DNA of 63,446 bases, counting the filler, from Reticulomyxa filosa (Eukaryota > Protista > Foraminifera): NCBI GenBank assembly GCA_000512085.1. It is 20 parts of 20 records of this genome, joined end to end, with 100 filler letters (N's around TTAATTAATTAA, not from the genome) between each part and the next. Parts side by side here need not be neighbours in the genome. Positions count along the whole stretch, not along the records: positions 38,170 to 39,496 come from ASPP01027144.1; positions 39,597 to 40,832 come from ASPP01023245.1; positions 40,933 to 44,205 come from ASPP01024236.1; positions 44,306 to 45,846 come from ASPP01000398.1; positions 45,947 to 47,207 come from ASPP01013348.1; positions 47,308 to 51,373 come from ASPP01020301.1; 14 more parts are not named here. One strand, written 5' to 3'. The notes below the pieces were generated by a model that saw only the letters and a program-made list of their open reading frames with translations, did no database searches and was not told the origin of the DNA. The position numbers were made by a program, and so were the translations under genes. Shown piece after piece: positions 39,012 through 51,008 of this stretch. Within the stretch, counting starts at the first letter, position 1, and each line of letters starts with the position of its first letter.

Positions 39012-39440
39012 ATGTGCACGAATGAAGAAGAAAGACACAATTATTGGGAGTGTGAGCACGTGGAGTCGTGGCATATAGTAATGGCATCAGTAGCAATGAG
39101 TTTTACAGTGTTTGTATCAGGACTAATAATAGCATGTGCAATATTAGTTTGGAAATATCGACATTTGACCTTGATAAAATTTCGGAGCCCTCTGTCAATC
39201 CTGTGTTGGAGCGTATTTGCAAACGTGTATCACTTCAGCCGTATCCTGTATGCAGGATTTCTATTTAAGTGGTGGAAGTATAGTTTCGCATTTAATTTGG
39301 CCATCTATTGCATCCGACTGATCGGCCTCAATGGAGTGTTGGTATGTTACGTGATGCGAGCGTGGAGATATTACATTGTGTACAAGCATGATCAAGTCAT
39401 GGTGAGTGAGGACGCAAAAAAAAGGAAAGACATTGGGTAG
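39012..39440 (+). CDS. Multi-pass membrane protein N-terminus, 7TM receptor-like (possibly 7TM-RGS or class C-like); truncated
   Basis: Three hydrophobic helices. YRHLTLIKFRSPLSIL follows TM1 and RAWRYYIVY follows TM3, as in 7TM-RGS and class C-type receptors. Confidence 0.55.
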   Translation: MCTNEEERHNYWECEHVESWHIVMASVAMSFTVFVSGLIIACAILVWKYRHLTLIKFRSPLSILCWSVFANVYHFSRILYAGFLFKWWKYSFAFNLAIYCIRLIGLNGVLVCYVMRAWRYYIVYKHDQVMVSEDAKKRKDIG

Positions 39441-40495
39441 TGCGATATAGTACATATGTAACTAACCAAGCTTTTTATAAAAGTGAAGTTAAAAAANNNN
39501 NNNNNNNNNNNNNNNNNNNNNNNNNNNNNNNNNNNNNNNNTTAATTAATTAANNNNNNNNNNNNNNNNNNNNNNNNNNNNNNNNNNNNNNNNNNNNTTTC
39601 CACCAATCACACCAATATTATTCATTTTATTATCATTTTTATTATTGATTTGTAATGGTGAAATATCAACACACCAAACACCATCTTCATTCAAAAAAAG
39701 AATTTATCAAATAGATCTTTAACACAAGTTGTTTTTCCCAAAAAGTTTACTAACTTTCTCCGTTCAAAAAAAGTCTAGTTCATCCAAGCTAGTAATTGTT
39801 TTTTATTTCACTTGTAGCTTGAGTTATTAAAACAATTCATCATTTAAAGACTTATCAGCACGTGTTATACTAGAAAATGTCAAACAAACTAAGCGAGTAC
39901 GACGAAATCAGTCTACCAATGTGACGATTGGAAAATGGTTAGTCTTACCTAGATGTTGGCATAGAATTTGGCGTTGATAAGAATGTTGGATGTGCCAACA
40001 TGAAAAATTACTACCAAAGACAAAAAAAGTGGATTTAATCACTATATAGAATATTACATGAGGAATAGCACCCATTAGAAAAGGCAAGAAGCGAGTAAAA
40101 AAACTCATCATTAAAATTTTGAAAAGGAAATAATTTTTTCGTTTCACAAAATTTAAAAATAAAACTATCTTTAATTGTAGTTACAAGTTTTATTCACTAA
40201 TTTTACTTATTTATTTTACAAATTTATATAATTTTGAATAACATATTTTTTTAAAGAAGAAAACATAAATGAATTGCTACGTATTTTGATATTGTTTATT
40301 TAATATCACTCAAATCAGTGAAATGTTTATATTTATTATCAACAATATAATCGTTTTAATTGAGCCACTTAATAACATAAAGTTTACGTAAAAACTACTA
40401 TGCTCTTGACATAGTTTTGTTTGCCAAAAGTGGCATTGATTTTGCCTCAAAAAAAAGGATCCAAAAATATTATGTAAAAAGGCAAAAACAGCATA

Positions 40496-40832
40496 TTAAA
40501 GTAACAAAAACACGACAAAAGCAGCAAGCAAAGCTTGAAGCCAAGCGCAGTGTGTGACGTGTGAAACAGAAGAAACGTTATTACCGCCACCACCATCATC
40601 ACTAATAGGACAAATGACATCGGACTTGTAGTGCCCGCCGAGATGGGAGACGTATTTGCACCCACTCGAGAATTGGATAGAAGAAGGGCAGTGCGACTCA
40701 GAGTATCTAAAATGGCCACGTAACGTATACACATACATTTTTACAAGTAAAGAGAAAAACAGTTTGGATTGTTTATTTTTTTTATTTTTTTTTTTTTTAC
40801 GCAACTTGTTGAGTGAGATGGTATTATCTCCG
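40496..40832 (-). CDS. C-terminal exons of a probable GPI-anchored surface protein
   Basis: The last exon is YSESHCPSS..CKY..ICP then a G/S/N spacer and a hydrophobic terminus AWLQALLAAFVVFLLL*. A GT-AG intron lies at about 40709-40805. Confidence 0.55.
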
Positions 40833-40942
40833 NNNNNNNNNNNNNNNNNNNNNNNNNNNNNNNNNNNNNNNNNNNNTTAATTAATTAANNNNNNNNNNNN
40901 NNNNNNNNNNNNNNNNNNNNNNNNNNNNNNNNAAAAAAAAAC

Positions 40943-40978
<36 letters not shown>

Positions 40979-41001
40979 TGAATAAAAAAATTTGCTAATA
41001 G

Positions 41002-41833
41002 AACAAATAGATCAAGTAAACAAAGATGACACATTGCTATTGAGAAACGCACAAGTTCAAATTGCAAAATCTCACATTTATGTCAGAGTGGACAGATGGG
41101 GAATCATTGAACGATGGCCACCTGAGCAATTCAACGCCACAATCAACACCAAAAACAACGTCTCCGACACTGTTTGGGAGCTCGCCGACCCCCAAACTCA
41201 GTCCGCACAAGAATCGGGAAGACCAAGAGGAAGACAAGGACCTTCTTCCAGACAAGGACCACCTCGACACGGAAGAGGAGGAGGAGGAAGACAAGGACAA
41301 GGACAAGGACAAGGACAAGGGCAAGGACAAGGACAAGGACAAGGCCCTTCTTCCAGACAAACAGGACCGAGACAAGAACAATCAAGGCAAGGACCTCCGA
41401 GACAAGGATTTCCTCCAAGACAAGAATTTCCTTCTAGACAAGAATTTCCTCCTAGACAAGGATTTCCTTCTAGACAAGGATATCCTCCTAGACAAGGATA
41501 TCCTCCTAGACAAGGATTTTCTTCTAGACAAGGGTATCCTCCTAGACAAGGATTTCATTCTAGACAAGGATTCCCTCCTAGACAAGGCCACCATCGCGAC
41601 AAGGGCCTCCCAGAGACGCTTCATCCAGAGACGCTTCATTCAGAGACGCTTCATCCAGAGACGCTTCATTCAGAGACGCTTCATTCAGAGGCGCCCCACC
41701 CAGAGATGCCCCGTCCAGAGATGCCCCGTCCAGAGATGCTCCATCCAGAGATGCTCCATTTAGGCAAGGCCCCCCAAGACAAGTACAGTCCAGGCAAGCA
41801 CCTAGACAAGGAGGAGGAAGAAAACAAATGTAA
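41002..41833 (+). CDS. OB-fold single-strand nucleic-acid-binding protein (At4g28440-like) with an R/Q/G/P repeat tail; last exon
   Basis: TLLLRNAQVQIAKSHIYVRVDRWGIIE..FNATINTKNNVSDTVWEL matches the family pattern LRNAKI..VDKWG..NNLS..YELV. The tail is (RQGFPP)n. A probable 1-nt deletion near 41587 gives (RDASS/RDAPS)n and the stop at 41833. Confidence 0.8.
41285..41760. repeat. Nested coding tandem repeats: 6-bp GGACAA, 18-bp AGACAAGGATTTCCTCCT, 15-bp CAGAGACGCTTCATC
   Basis: The arrays are directly visible, and several reading frames stay open through them. Confidence 0.9.
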
Positions 41834-43148
41834 GATCTTTTTTTCTTTTTTTCCCCTTGGAAAAGAAAACCAACCATTGTGGAGTTTTATCTTGCTTTTT
41901 CCTTCTCTTTTTTTTTTTTTTTGTTAAAACTCCATTGACAATTATTCTTGTGTTTTATTTCGTTGGTTTTTGTTATTTTCTTTTTTTAAAACTCCAAAAA
42001 AGAAAGCTTCATTAAATTGAAAAATGACAAAAACAGGCTGAAGTTGAACACAATCAACTTTCGTTGAGAACTTGGTGTTGACAAACTTTTTGTATGTTTT
42101 GATGTTCATTCATTTTTAATAACTTTCAATTCAAAGTCAAAAATTTATCATACCAATTATACCCTTTGAATTGCGAATTGTCGGGACTATTTTTTTTACG
42201 CTTCTCAAAAACTGTTTTTTTTTTTGCTTGCCTGGGTTTTTTCCAACTCCATATCTTTTTTAAAGAAATAAACTCACTAACACAGTTGGGCATCAACTAA
42301 TAAAATTTTTTTGATGTATCATCACATACAAGTGAGAAGTTATATTTTATAAGCACTCAAATATTTAAGTGTTGCCGAAAAAAATCAATTCAATATCTAA
42401 TTTGACACAGCAGAAAAAAACTTATTATTATTTTGCTTTTCCTTTTTGAAATTGAAAAGTAGTTGTCTACACGTAAGAAACAATACATTAAATAGAACTT
42501 TGTGTTAATGGTTATAATTGGATCGAAAAATGAATTTGTGTAATAGATGCATAAAATCGAAGAGTATAAACGTTTGTACGTTTTAAAATGTCTATCTTGT
42601 GCTCCTCACGAAGAAATGAGCAAACGTTGCAAGAGTGTTATTTTTGCTGTCAGCCATAAAATTGAAAGATAAGGCCAAAAAAAATAACAAAAACAAAATT
42701 GCAAGTATGAGAGAAGAGCAAAAGGGTTGCTAACACCGAAGCCCAAGTTACGGCTGCATTGATATTGTTGCGATAAATATATAAAAAGGTAATCCTTAAA
42801 ATTTGCATCGGCTACAAAAAAAAAAAGAAGAGGAAGATGCTTTCAGTGTGCGTTTTTCACTTAGCGCAAGATCGGATAAATTGCAGTATCGAAATGGACT
42901 TTCCAACAAAAAAAGAAGATTGTTGCCGAGCCAAAACAATTAAAAAATGCAAAACAAGTGATCAACAAACCGGAATTGAAAACAAGTGATACATTTTGTG
43001 CTGGGACAGGAAAAGAAGGCAGATGTGAGAATGAGAAAGAGATAGAGAGAGAGAAGAGAAGAGAAAGAAGAAGGAATAAAAGGAAAAGGAAAAGGAAAGA
43101 AAAAGGTGAAACAAGGAAAACGTAATTAAAAAAAAAAAAAAAGTTAAT

Positions 43149-43410
43149 CTAATATTGTGTGTAGTCAATCATAGAAGGAACAAATGACATAGACAAGGAA
43201 GAATCACATTTTGGCAGTTGTGTCGATCCTTGAGACAATGCCAAAGTGGAATTGGTGATGCAATTGTCCGTCGTATTGTGACCCAAGATGATGGGAGAAG
43301 AAGGATGGTCAAATGCGTTATGACGCGGTACGTCAGAGCCACTCTCCGGTGTTTGTCTGCTGTTGGGTGAAGGCCAAAAGGAACTGAGAAAGTTGTTGTT
43401 GTTATCGTCG

Positions 43411-43454
<44 letters not shown>

Positions 43455-44119
43455 GTCAATAAGTGGGAACAAGTTAAAGTCCCCATTTGATTGAAGGGGA
43501 ATTGTAAGTGTGATTCAGTGACTGCGGATTGGCAGTGTTGCCATTGGCATGTCCGTGTAGTAGTGTGGACGACAGCGACGTAGAGGTGGTGTCATTAGTT
43601 TGTAGTGTGTGCTCAATCCCACTGTCATTGCCGTCAAATCGCGGAGGCATGTATTCTAACACGTCCTCAACGGATGACGGGATCGTCCTTTGTTCATTTG
43701 TACTTGCTGTGGAAGAAGAGCACAACCGCATTCTATATCCACTGTCTTGATGAGGGACGGCTGAAATAATGTCAATCAAAGGGGGAGGGAGGGGAAGGGG
43801 AAGGAGGAGGAGGAGGAGGATGGTGATAACCAACAGCAAAGGACGGAGGCAGACCAAAGGTTTGAGGCTGTGCAAACATGCAATGTGCAGTAAATTCTTG
43901 CTGTGCTTGCGCCATCGCCGCGGCTTGCACGTGTGCAGGAGGGCGATAGATGGGCGGTGGAACATTGCTCGGCCACGGCCGCAAATTGTCGCTAGCAACA
44001 TTGCCATCGTCATTGGCATTGGTATTGGCATTGGCATTGATATCAAGTTCGGCGGACAAAAGGTGGTTGGTTGATATGGACTCACTTTTCAATGTGTGAT
44101 TCACTGCTGAGTTGGGCAT
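43149..44119 (-). CDS. Hypothetical low-complexity (P/N/S-rich) protein exon with homopolymer frameshifts
   Basis: Three overlapping ORFs (43772..44119, 43474..44085, 43149..43472) join at short homopolymer runs. Poly-P and poly-N tracts are present, and no domain was recognised. Confidence 0.5.
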
Positions 44120-44168
44120 CTGAAATTAGCAGCAAAACTAAGTTAATGAACAACGATTTTTGCCATTT

Positions 44169-44205
<37 letters not shown>

Positions 44206-44305
44206 NNNNNNNNNNNNNNNNNNNNNNNNNNNNNNNNNNNNNNNNNNNNTTAATTAATTAANNNNNNNNNNNNNNNNNNNNNNNNNNNNNNNNNNNNNNN
44301 NNNNN

Positions 44306-45846
44306 CCAATTCCAGAGTTTATACAATCAATTCTGGATTGAAACAGGGAGAACAGGTATCCTTTGTCGACGAGATCTTCATTCAACACCATTTGAGAAAT
44401 GGTGTGAACCAACACAAGAAGAGATATTGAATAACAAAATTGTGATATTTGCAGATGGAAGTAAGAGACAAGAGTCAAAGTTGTCAAGGAACTTTGATAT
44501 TTTTTAAACATTTTTTGATAAATTTTTAACAATTTTGACAACTTTTGTTTATTTCTCAAACAATGGCAGACGTCCTTCTGTGGATTTATATATTCCAACG
44601 CAAAAAAGAAAGCAAAGATTCCTAATCAGCATCACAAAGACAAGAACGGAGCCAGACGAACAGACGAATCAGACAGAACAATCAACAAAACGAAATCAGT
44701 CAAATGAGGAAAGAGATTTCGGAACTTCGATCATGGTGGCACAACTGAGCGCAATTATGCGGCAACATAGAAAATGATCAATGAACGAGTTAATTATTTT
44801 CCAGAATAATATCAACAGCTTCGATTCGAAAGCTCGATTGCTGGAGCAAAACCTCCACGCAGTTCAACCACATATCTGTCTCCTTCAGGAGTGTTTCAGG
44901 TCGGTCGGAGAATAGAGTTATCAGAGATCAACAGCTCCAGAATATGTACAATCAATTCTGAGGAGAAACAAGAAGGGCATGTATTCTGTGTCGAAGAGAT
45001 CTCCATGCAACACATAGAGGACATATTGTCGCAATCCGATAAGTTCCAAGTCTTGGTGGAAATAAGCTGCCCAGGACAGAAAAAAAAGTCGATAATGTTC
45101 TGCAACTTTTATCGTAACATCCAGTGTCCATTACAAGCACTCTCAAGAAGAAAGTGTCACGCCTGTCATTGTTAGAATGCTCACAATCCTGCCTGGCTAG
45201 ATGATAACTTCGATAATATCGGCGAACATGTGGTGGGCTTTATTGTGAATAATAATTCGAAAAAGATGGAGCCAGTAATAGATATCTGCAGTAACTGGAG
45301 AAATGACCCCGATCATCTTCCAATCTCATTCAACATGAGAGCAGACTGGTCATCATCCAAAATCGAGAAACATAGAATTGAAACTTGGAATCTGAGTATT
45401 GAAAAATGGGAAGACTGCAAGAATGGCGACAATTACCAATGACCTAAACATGTTGGATATAGTGTTGGAAAAGCCACAATCGGAACATATAACTTTCCGT
45501 TGATGTTGAATTCTCGTCGCATCTTGTATCTCAGATCATCTCTTCACACACCATCGTATGTCGAAGAAATGTCCAGCAACGCTGCGTTCTCGTCAAAAGA
45601 AGCATAAATTGATTCCATTGAAATAATCCTTTCTAACTCTAGTGTAATGGAACATTGGCTCTCTTCCACATTTTGGGAAAATAACCAATCTTGAAACTCC
45701 AGTCGAATAATAGCACGAGAAAATCAATGATATGCAGTATCTGATCATGGATATTGTCGGGTCCTTGCGCTTTGTTCACTGAGATGTGCAGATCGAATGG
45801 ATCAGGTTTGTTTCCTTTGTAAATCACTTTGGTTCCAATTGTGGCT
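44306..45846. mobile_element. Mosaic of decayed non-LTR retrotransposon (LINE) fragments: RNase H start (+), APE endonuclease (+), inverted RT piece (-)
   Basis: IVIFADGS at 44439-44462. APE motifs IFQNNINSF..PHICLLQECF, CNFYRN, NAHNPAW and DHLPI lie at 44795-45330. The minus strand has KAQGPDNIH..GYFPKMWKRANV and LLDISSTYDGV*R..YKMRREF at 45495-45780. Confidence 0.88.
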
Positions 45847-45995
45847 NNNNNNNNNNNNNNNNNNNNNNNNNNNNNNNNNNNNNNNNNNNNTTAATTAATT
45901 AANNNNNNNNNNNNNNNNNNNNNNNNNNNNNNNNNNNNNNNNNNNNTCTCTCTCTCTCTCTCTTTCTCTCTAAATGGAGAAGAGATTAATTAAAA

Positions 45996-47132
45996 ATGGA
46001 GTCATATCATATGAGTTATGTCCACACCAAAAAAAGGAAACATGGTCGTGCAGGTTCGGCGAATAGCATATTGAAAGAAAAAAAGAACGACAGCGACAAT
46101 GACAATGACATAACGGATGAAAAGCAAAACGCAGAGACGCCAGCAAGGACAAAAGGGTCTGCGAAAAAGAAAGGACGGAGCCTAAGCGCGGGGAAACGCG
46201 AGAGCATCCACGCGTTTTTGGAGCGCGTGATGACACCTCCGGTGATGAAGGTGTTGGAAAAGCAGCAGCAAAACCCGGATGTGAATGTGGGCGCATTGTA
46301 CAACGAGGCGATGAGTCTGCCGCCTCAGATGCGAAAGAAAGAGGAGAGCAAAGCAACAAAGAGCCACAAAAAAAAAAAGTCCAAGATATTACAGACAAAG
46401 CAAGCACAGACGTCGTCTCAGACGCAATCACTGTCGCTCTCAGGATCGGCAGAAGACGAGGATGACAAGGACGAGAAGGACGACGACAAAGACGACGACA
46501 ATGACGACAATGACGACAATGATAAGGACGAAAGCATCAAAGAGATGGTATTCACGAAGCGACCATTGGGATTCAGTTTGCATGATATCGAAGGCGATCT
46601 GGTTGTGGACGGCGTGAAGAAGAACTCTCCTGCGTATCGCAAGGGCGTGAAGCAAGGATGGCTGGTCATCAGCATCAACGAGGAAACCGATATGGACACC
46701 ATGTACCAAATCCTCTTTGACAAAAGTGTCGAGTCTTTAACTGTCGTCTTTGACACGAGCACTGTCGCCGACGACCGCGATGCCTTTGAACAACGAGATC
46801 TGACAGCTGCTGTCGCTGTCACAAGTACCACGGCTCCCACAGGTACCACGACGGTCACTACGCAATCTCCCAAACGCCAAAGTGACTCCAAAAGCAAAAG
46901 CAAGAGCAAAAGCAACTCTTCCAGCAGCGAAGAATCCGCACACAAACGGTCGTTTGACGAGGAATTGCCCAGCGATTTTGCTCAAGAGTTCTTGGAAAAG
47001 AGAGGCAGTAAAACTGACTCCAAACCCATCGATCCCATTGTCGCTATCACAAAACCTCGTCCCATTTCAGCCACATCCGCACAAAAGCAAGAGGAATCCG
47101 AGTTCGATCCAACACATATTCGAAAAGGTTAG
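45996..47132 (+). CDS. PDZ-domain protein, first exon, truncated
   Basis: MVFTKRPLGFSL..LVVDGVKKNSPAYRKGVKQGWLVISINEE fits a PDZ fold and is flanked by acidic and Ser/Lys low-complexity sequence. Confidence 0.78.
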   Translation: MESYHMSYVHTKKRKHGRAGSANSILKEKKNDSDNDNDITDEKQNAETPARTKGSAKKKGRSLSAGKRESIHAFLERVMTPPVMKVLEKQQQNPDVNVGALYNEAMSLPPQMRKKEESKATKSHKKKKSKILQTKQAQTSSQTQSLSLSGSAEDEDDKDEKDDDKDDDNDDNDDNDKDESIKEMVFTKRPLGFSLHDIEGDLVVDGVKKNSPAYRKGVKQGWLVISINEETDMDTMYQILFDKSVESLTVVFDTSTVADDRDAFEQRDLTAAVAVTSTTAPTGTTTVTTQSPKRQSDSKSKSKSKSNSSSSEESAHKRSFDEELPSDFAQEFLEKRGSKTDSKPIDPIVAITKPRPISATSAQKQEESEFDPTHIRKG

Positions 47133-47447
47133 GAAAGGCTATTTATCTAATCAATTTGCTTTTTTATTTTTATTTTTATTTTTATCCCCCTTTTTTTTTT
47201 TTTTTTTNNNNNNNNNNNNNNNNNNNNNNNNNNNNNNNNNNNNNNNNNNNNTTAATTAATTAANNNNNNNNNNNNNNNNNNNNNNNNNNNNNNNNNNNNN
47301 NNNNNNNGGCTCATCCATCCGATTTGTGCTTCTTTGCACATGTCCCTTTTTTTTTTTGTTTTAATTTTTGTTGTGTATGTGTTTTTTTGTTTTGTATTTT
47401 TTTTTTTTTTATGTTGCAGATTTTGATTGGTTCAAATCAGAAACATT

Positions 47448-47630
47448 TCAAAACTCAATCCCTTTTTCTCTCCATTCCAATAAGTCTGAGACAGTCACTC
47501 CAATTGCTTTCAATGCTTTGGCTGTTGCCACGTCGTTGCGCACTTTATTTGTGGAAAGAAACTCTTCCAAACTTTTGTCTTCTTCTTCTCTTTCGCCTTC
47601 CTTGGTAGTTTTCTCCAGATGTTGTGCCAT
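47448..47630 (-). CDS. First exon of a possible SAM-like domain protein
   Basis: SLEEFLSTNKV..KALKAIGVTVSDLLEW resembles the start of a SAM domain. An intron-like A-rich tract follows. Confidence 0.35.
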   Translation of the reverse strand: MAQHLEKTTKEGEREEEDKSLEEFLSTNKVRNDVATAKALKAIGVTVSDLLEWREKGIEF

Positions 47631-48201
47631 TTTTTTTTCCCCTCAAATCGTTCAACACTGAATGTTAAAATTGTCCCCAGGAACCCCTTTTTTTTGTTTT
47701 TGAGTGACATCCCAAGGAACTTGTCGAAAATATTCAATTTAAGACTATGATGGATTGGAGATAGACAAGTGAAGAAGAGAGCGTTTAATCTGAGTTTCAA
47801 GAAGGCCGATTACCTATTTCTTCAGTAATGCCTCTGACCCAGCAAAAGGACAAGACAGCAAATATTGCAAGAAACAAAGTAACCAGGCCAAATGTTTATG
47901 CATACAACCAAAGAACTGGCAAGTCTCCAACAGCCGTAACAGGATGTAGAATACAGAATCACAAAAAAAAAAGAGAAACCTTGACACAAAAACGAACAAA
48001 AACATGGGATGACAAGAGTGCCTGAATCGAACAAAAAAGCTTTCAAGCTTTGCAAAAAGCTGAAAGGGCACAATAGTAATATTTTATTTTTTAAACAAGT
48101 GGTCGGTGATGTCGTGCTTGGCAAAGTGGAGGATAATATAGCAGCAGCAAAAAAAAAAAAAAAAAAAAACAAGAACAAAACAAGGCAAGCGTTTAGCAAT
48201 G

Positions 48202-49314
48202 TCACTTCAATTTTTGAATTTGTTGATGCAACTGTGCAATCCTGGTTTCAACAGACCGAATATTGGCCTCTATTGTCTTGGTATTTTCGGCCAAGTTGTC
48301 ATTGACCTGTTGCAATAGTTGGGAGCTTGCATTTAATGTTTGGTCAATTTGGCGATGGCGATTCCCCAAAACAGTGACTTTGCGTAACATTTCCGCAGTG
48401 TCCTAATTTCCAAAAAAAAAAAAAAAAATTGAAAATTCTCAAAAGTAAGTAGTGAGATTAAAATTATCATTATATATGTATATGTACATATATATATACA
48501 TATATATACATATATAATATTATTTTATTTGTCTATTTAAAAAAAGACAACACCTGATGTGAATCTTGCATCGTCTTCAATTTCTGAACAGTGGCAGAAA
48601 GACCTTGTACTGCCGGATCCCATTTTTCCATGGTTTCGAACATTTGATTGATTTTGGGCTCTTTGGACTTTGTGATTTGATCTTCCATGGTGTTTTGTGT
48701 GACCAATTTGATGTCTTTCAAGGCGGTCTTCAGGGCATCGGCTCTCCGCTTCAAAGCAGACAATCGGTTTTGGTCGCACAGCAACTCCAGACGATCGGCC
48801 AAGTAATCGACTTTCTGCATCATCCCGCTCTTGGAATTGGGCTCGCTTTCGGGATTTGGTCCGATCAATGTCTCGAGCGTTTGTAATCGCAGTGCAATCT
48901 CGTTCAGACGATATGAACGACTATCAATTGATCCTTCGTGATACAATGTCAACGTCGCTGGTGTCGATGGCTCTTGGCGTTGAGATTGAGACTGAGACTG
49001 AGACTGAGATGGTTGAGGTTGTAATGATAGTTGTGATTGAGTTTGAGATTGAGATTGAGATTGAGATTGAACATTGCTTTTGTCAGTATCCTTATGCGAT
49101 GAAATGCTAATTTCAAACTCTTGAAGTCGCTTCAATAGATACTTTGAATCCACTGTCCCTGTTATTGACGCTTGCGCCTCTCCAAACAACGACTTCAAAT
49201 ACGGGTTGTTTGTAAACTGCTCGGCGGTACCCCACATGCGCTTTATATCGTCACTCACTTGCGCTGCGATGGGCTTTGCTACTTCTCCTTTATTTGATTC
49301 TGCCTATCTTGCAA

Positions 49315-49350
<36 letters not shown>

Positions 49351-49744
49351 GTTGTTATCATTGTTGTCAAAGTCCCCCCCCTTTTTTTTGTTCATTTGTT
49401 TGCTTGACAAACCATTTGAACCAACTCCTTCAATTGCCTTTCCAAATCCGAAATTTCTTCTTTCAATCGGTTATATTTTTGCAATGGATATTCAAAACTC
49501 TTTCTAGTATCCCCTTTTCCCGATCCATTCGATGTCTCTTTGGCGTCTGATTGTGGTTCCTTCTTCTCTTCGGCTACTTGCGTCTGGTTGCCATCCTTGT
49601 TTACCGACTCTTCGCTTTTTCCTCCTTTTTCCTCAGTATCAGAATCACCATAAACCTACAAGTCACATGCACGAATGTTTGATGGAGTACACGTTCACAA
49701 AGTACGGACATCCAAACCTCTCCTTCAAAAGAACTTGTGGCCAT
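48202..49744 (-). CDS. DCTN2: Dynactin subunit 2 (p50/dynamitin), spliced
   Basis: MATSSFEGE|VYGDSD, EYPLQKYNRLKEEISDLE, RLQTLETLIG, KINQMFETMEKWDPAVQGLSATVQKLKTMQDSHQ and NLAENTKTIEANIRSVETRIAQL match the dynamitin blocks. There is a T-run frameshift near 49495. Confidence 0.88.
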
Positions 49745-50081
49745 CTGATAATCCAAAGACAAAACCTGAACTTTATATCATTTATTCAACGGTTTCCCTT
49801 CAGCAAAAACTGCATTTTTGCGCAAGTTATTGTTTGGATCAGATGCTTGACACAAGGAAAGAAAAGCCAACAATCACCAAAAATTTCAGAAAACATAAAT
49901 CGATGATTTTCTTAGTTCTCTTAATACTAATCATTTTTTGAAATTAAATATTAATTAAAATGGAATAAAGATAGCTTCATAGAGGAAGAAGAACTTTATA
50001 AAAAAGATGTCAACACACAACTAATATTGAATGGATAGAATTGCAAAAATGTTTTTGCAGCACAACAATGAACAAAAAGGC

Positions 50082-50971
50082 TTAAAGCAAACAATACTGA
50101 TTCAATATATTCAAGTAAATTGTCATTTCATTTTGCATTTTGGAGAGGGTTGATCGCATTTCGTGGAGATTTGTAGGATCATTTTGACAATCAAATCCAC
50201 ACATAGACATCAACTCCTCCAAAGTTTGAGGTTTTTGTTTCAAGCACGAAAATATTTTTTGTGTTGTGATTTCCGGATAAGAAGTATTGTTGTCGTGTAT
50301 CATATCTGTGGCATTGTGGCCATTCTCTTTGCGAATAGTTTCATCCAAAGCAGCAAAGTCAACACCATTCCAAAAATCGTCGTCAATCTCCATACTCTGA
50401 ATTTCATCCTTTTTAGCATCCGTTTCCGCAAGTGGCTCTAATTGCAATTCACAGTGTTCCGCAATAAAGCGTGCTTGCACCATATGTATCAAACTGTCGT
50501 CCCATCTGTTGTCCAACAAAGCTCTGCTCTTGATGTCTTCAGCGCTTTGTTCCAATCCCTCTTTCGACAGCACGGCATAGATCATTTCAATTTCGTCATA
50601 CTTTACATCTAACCGATTCCAATCAATTTTATGGCTTATTTGGAGGAGAGGGGGGGGGGGTTCCAGTGCATTCATAATTGTATTTACACAAAAAAAAAAA
50701 AAAAAAAAAATTATTATTATTATTATAACCCCCTCCCTCCTCCTCCTCTGTCTCTTCCTCTCAACGAATCTAAGCACAAAACATACCCAAGTAAAATCAT
50801 ATCTCCAAGAATTTGATCAAATTTTTTCCTTGTTAGGTTCCTATTGGTACAAATATCATCAATGGAGTAGCCATTTTGAAAGTCATTGAAGACTTCTTTC
50901 ATTTGATCAGTAATCTATATGTTTTCATCACGCAATGAATGCCCTTTGTTTCCTTCTTTTTGTCCACATAT

Positions 50972-51008
<37 letters not shown>

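Noticed and set aside
41062-41763. Alternative-frame ORF (LLDKDF)n(QRRFI)n and antisense ORFs over the same repeats
   Set aside because: These are shadow ORFs created by stop-free repeats with unit lengths divisible by three. Only one frame carries the OB fold.
47745-48025. In-frame TAG/TAA upstream of a short ORF, suggesting stop-codon reassignment
   Set aside because: Conserved genes in the window have no internal TAA/TAG at Gln positions and some end in TAA, so the standard code fits.
22961-49744. Apparent cytoskeletal gene cluster (kinesins, formin, CAP-Gly, dynamitin)
   Set aside because: The genes lie on different contigs separated by artificial spacers. Only the formin and CAP-Gly genes share a contig.
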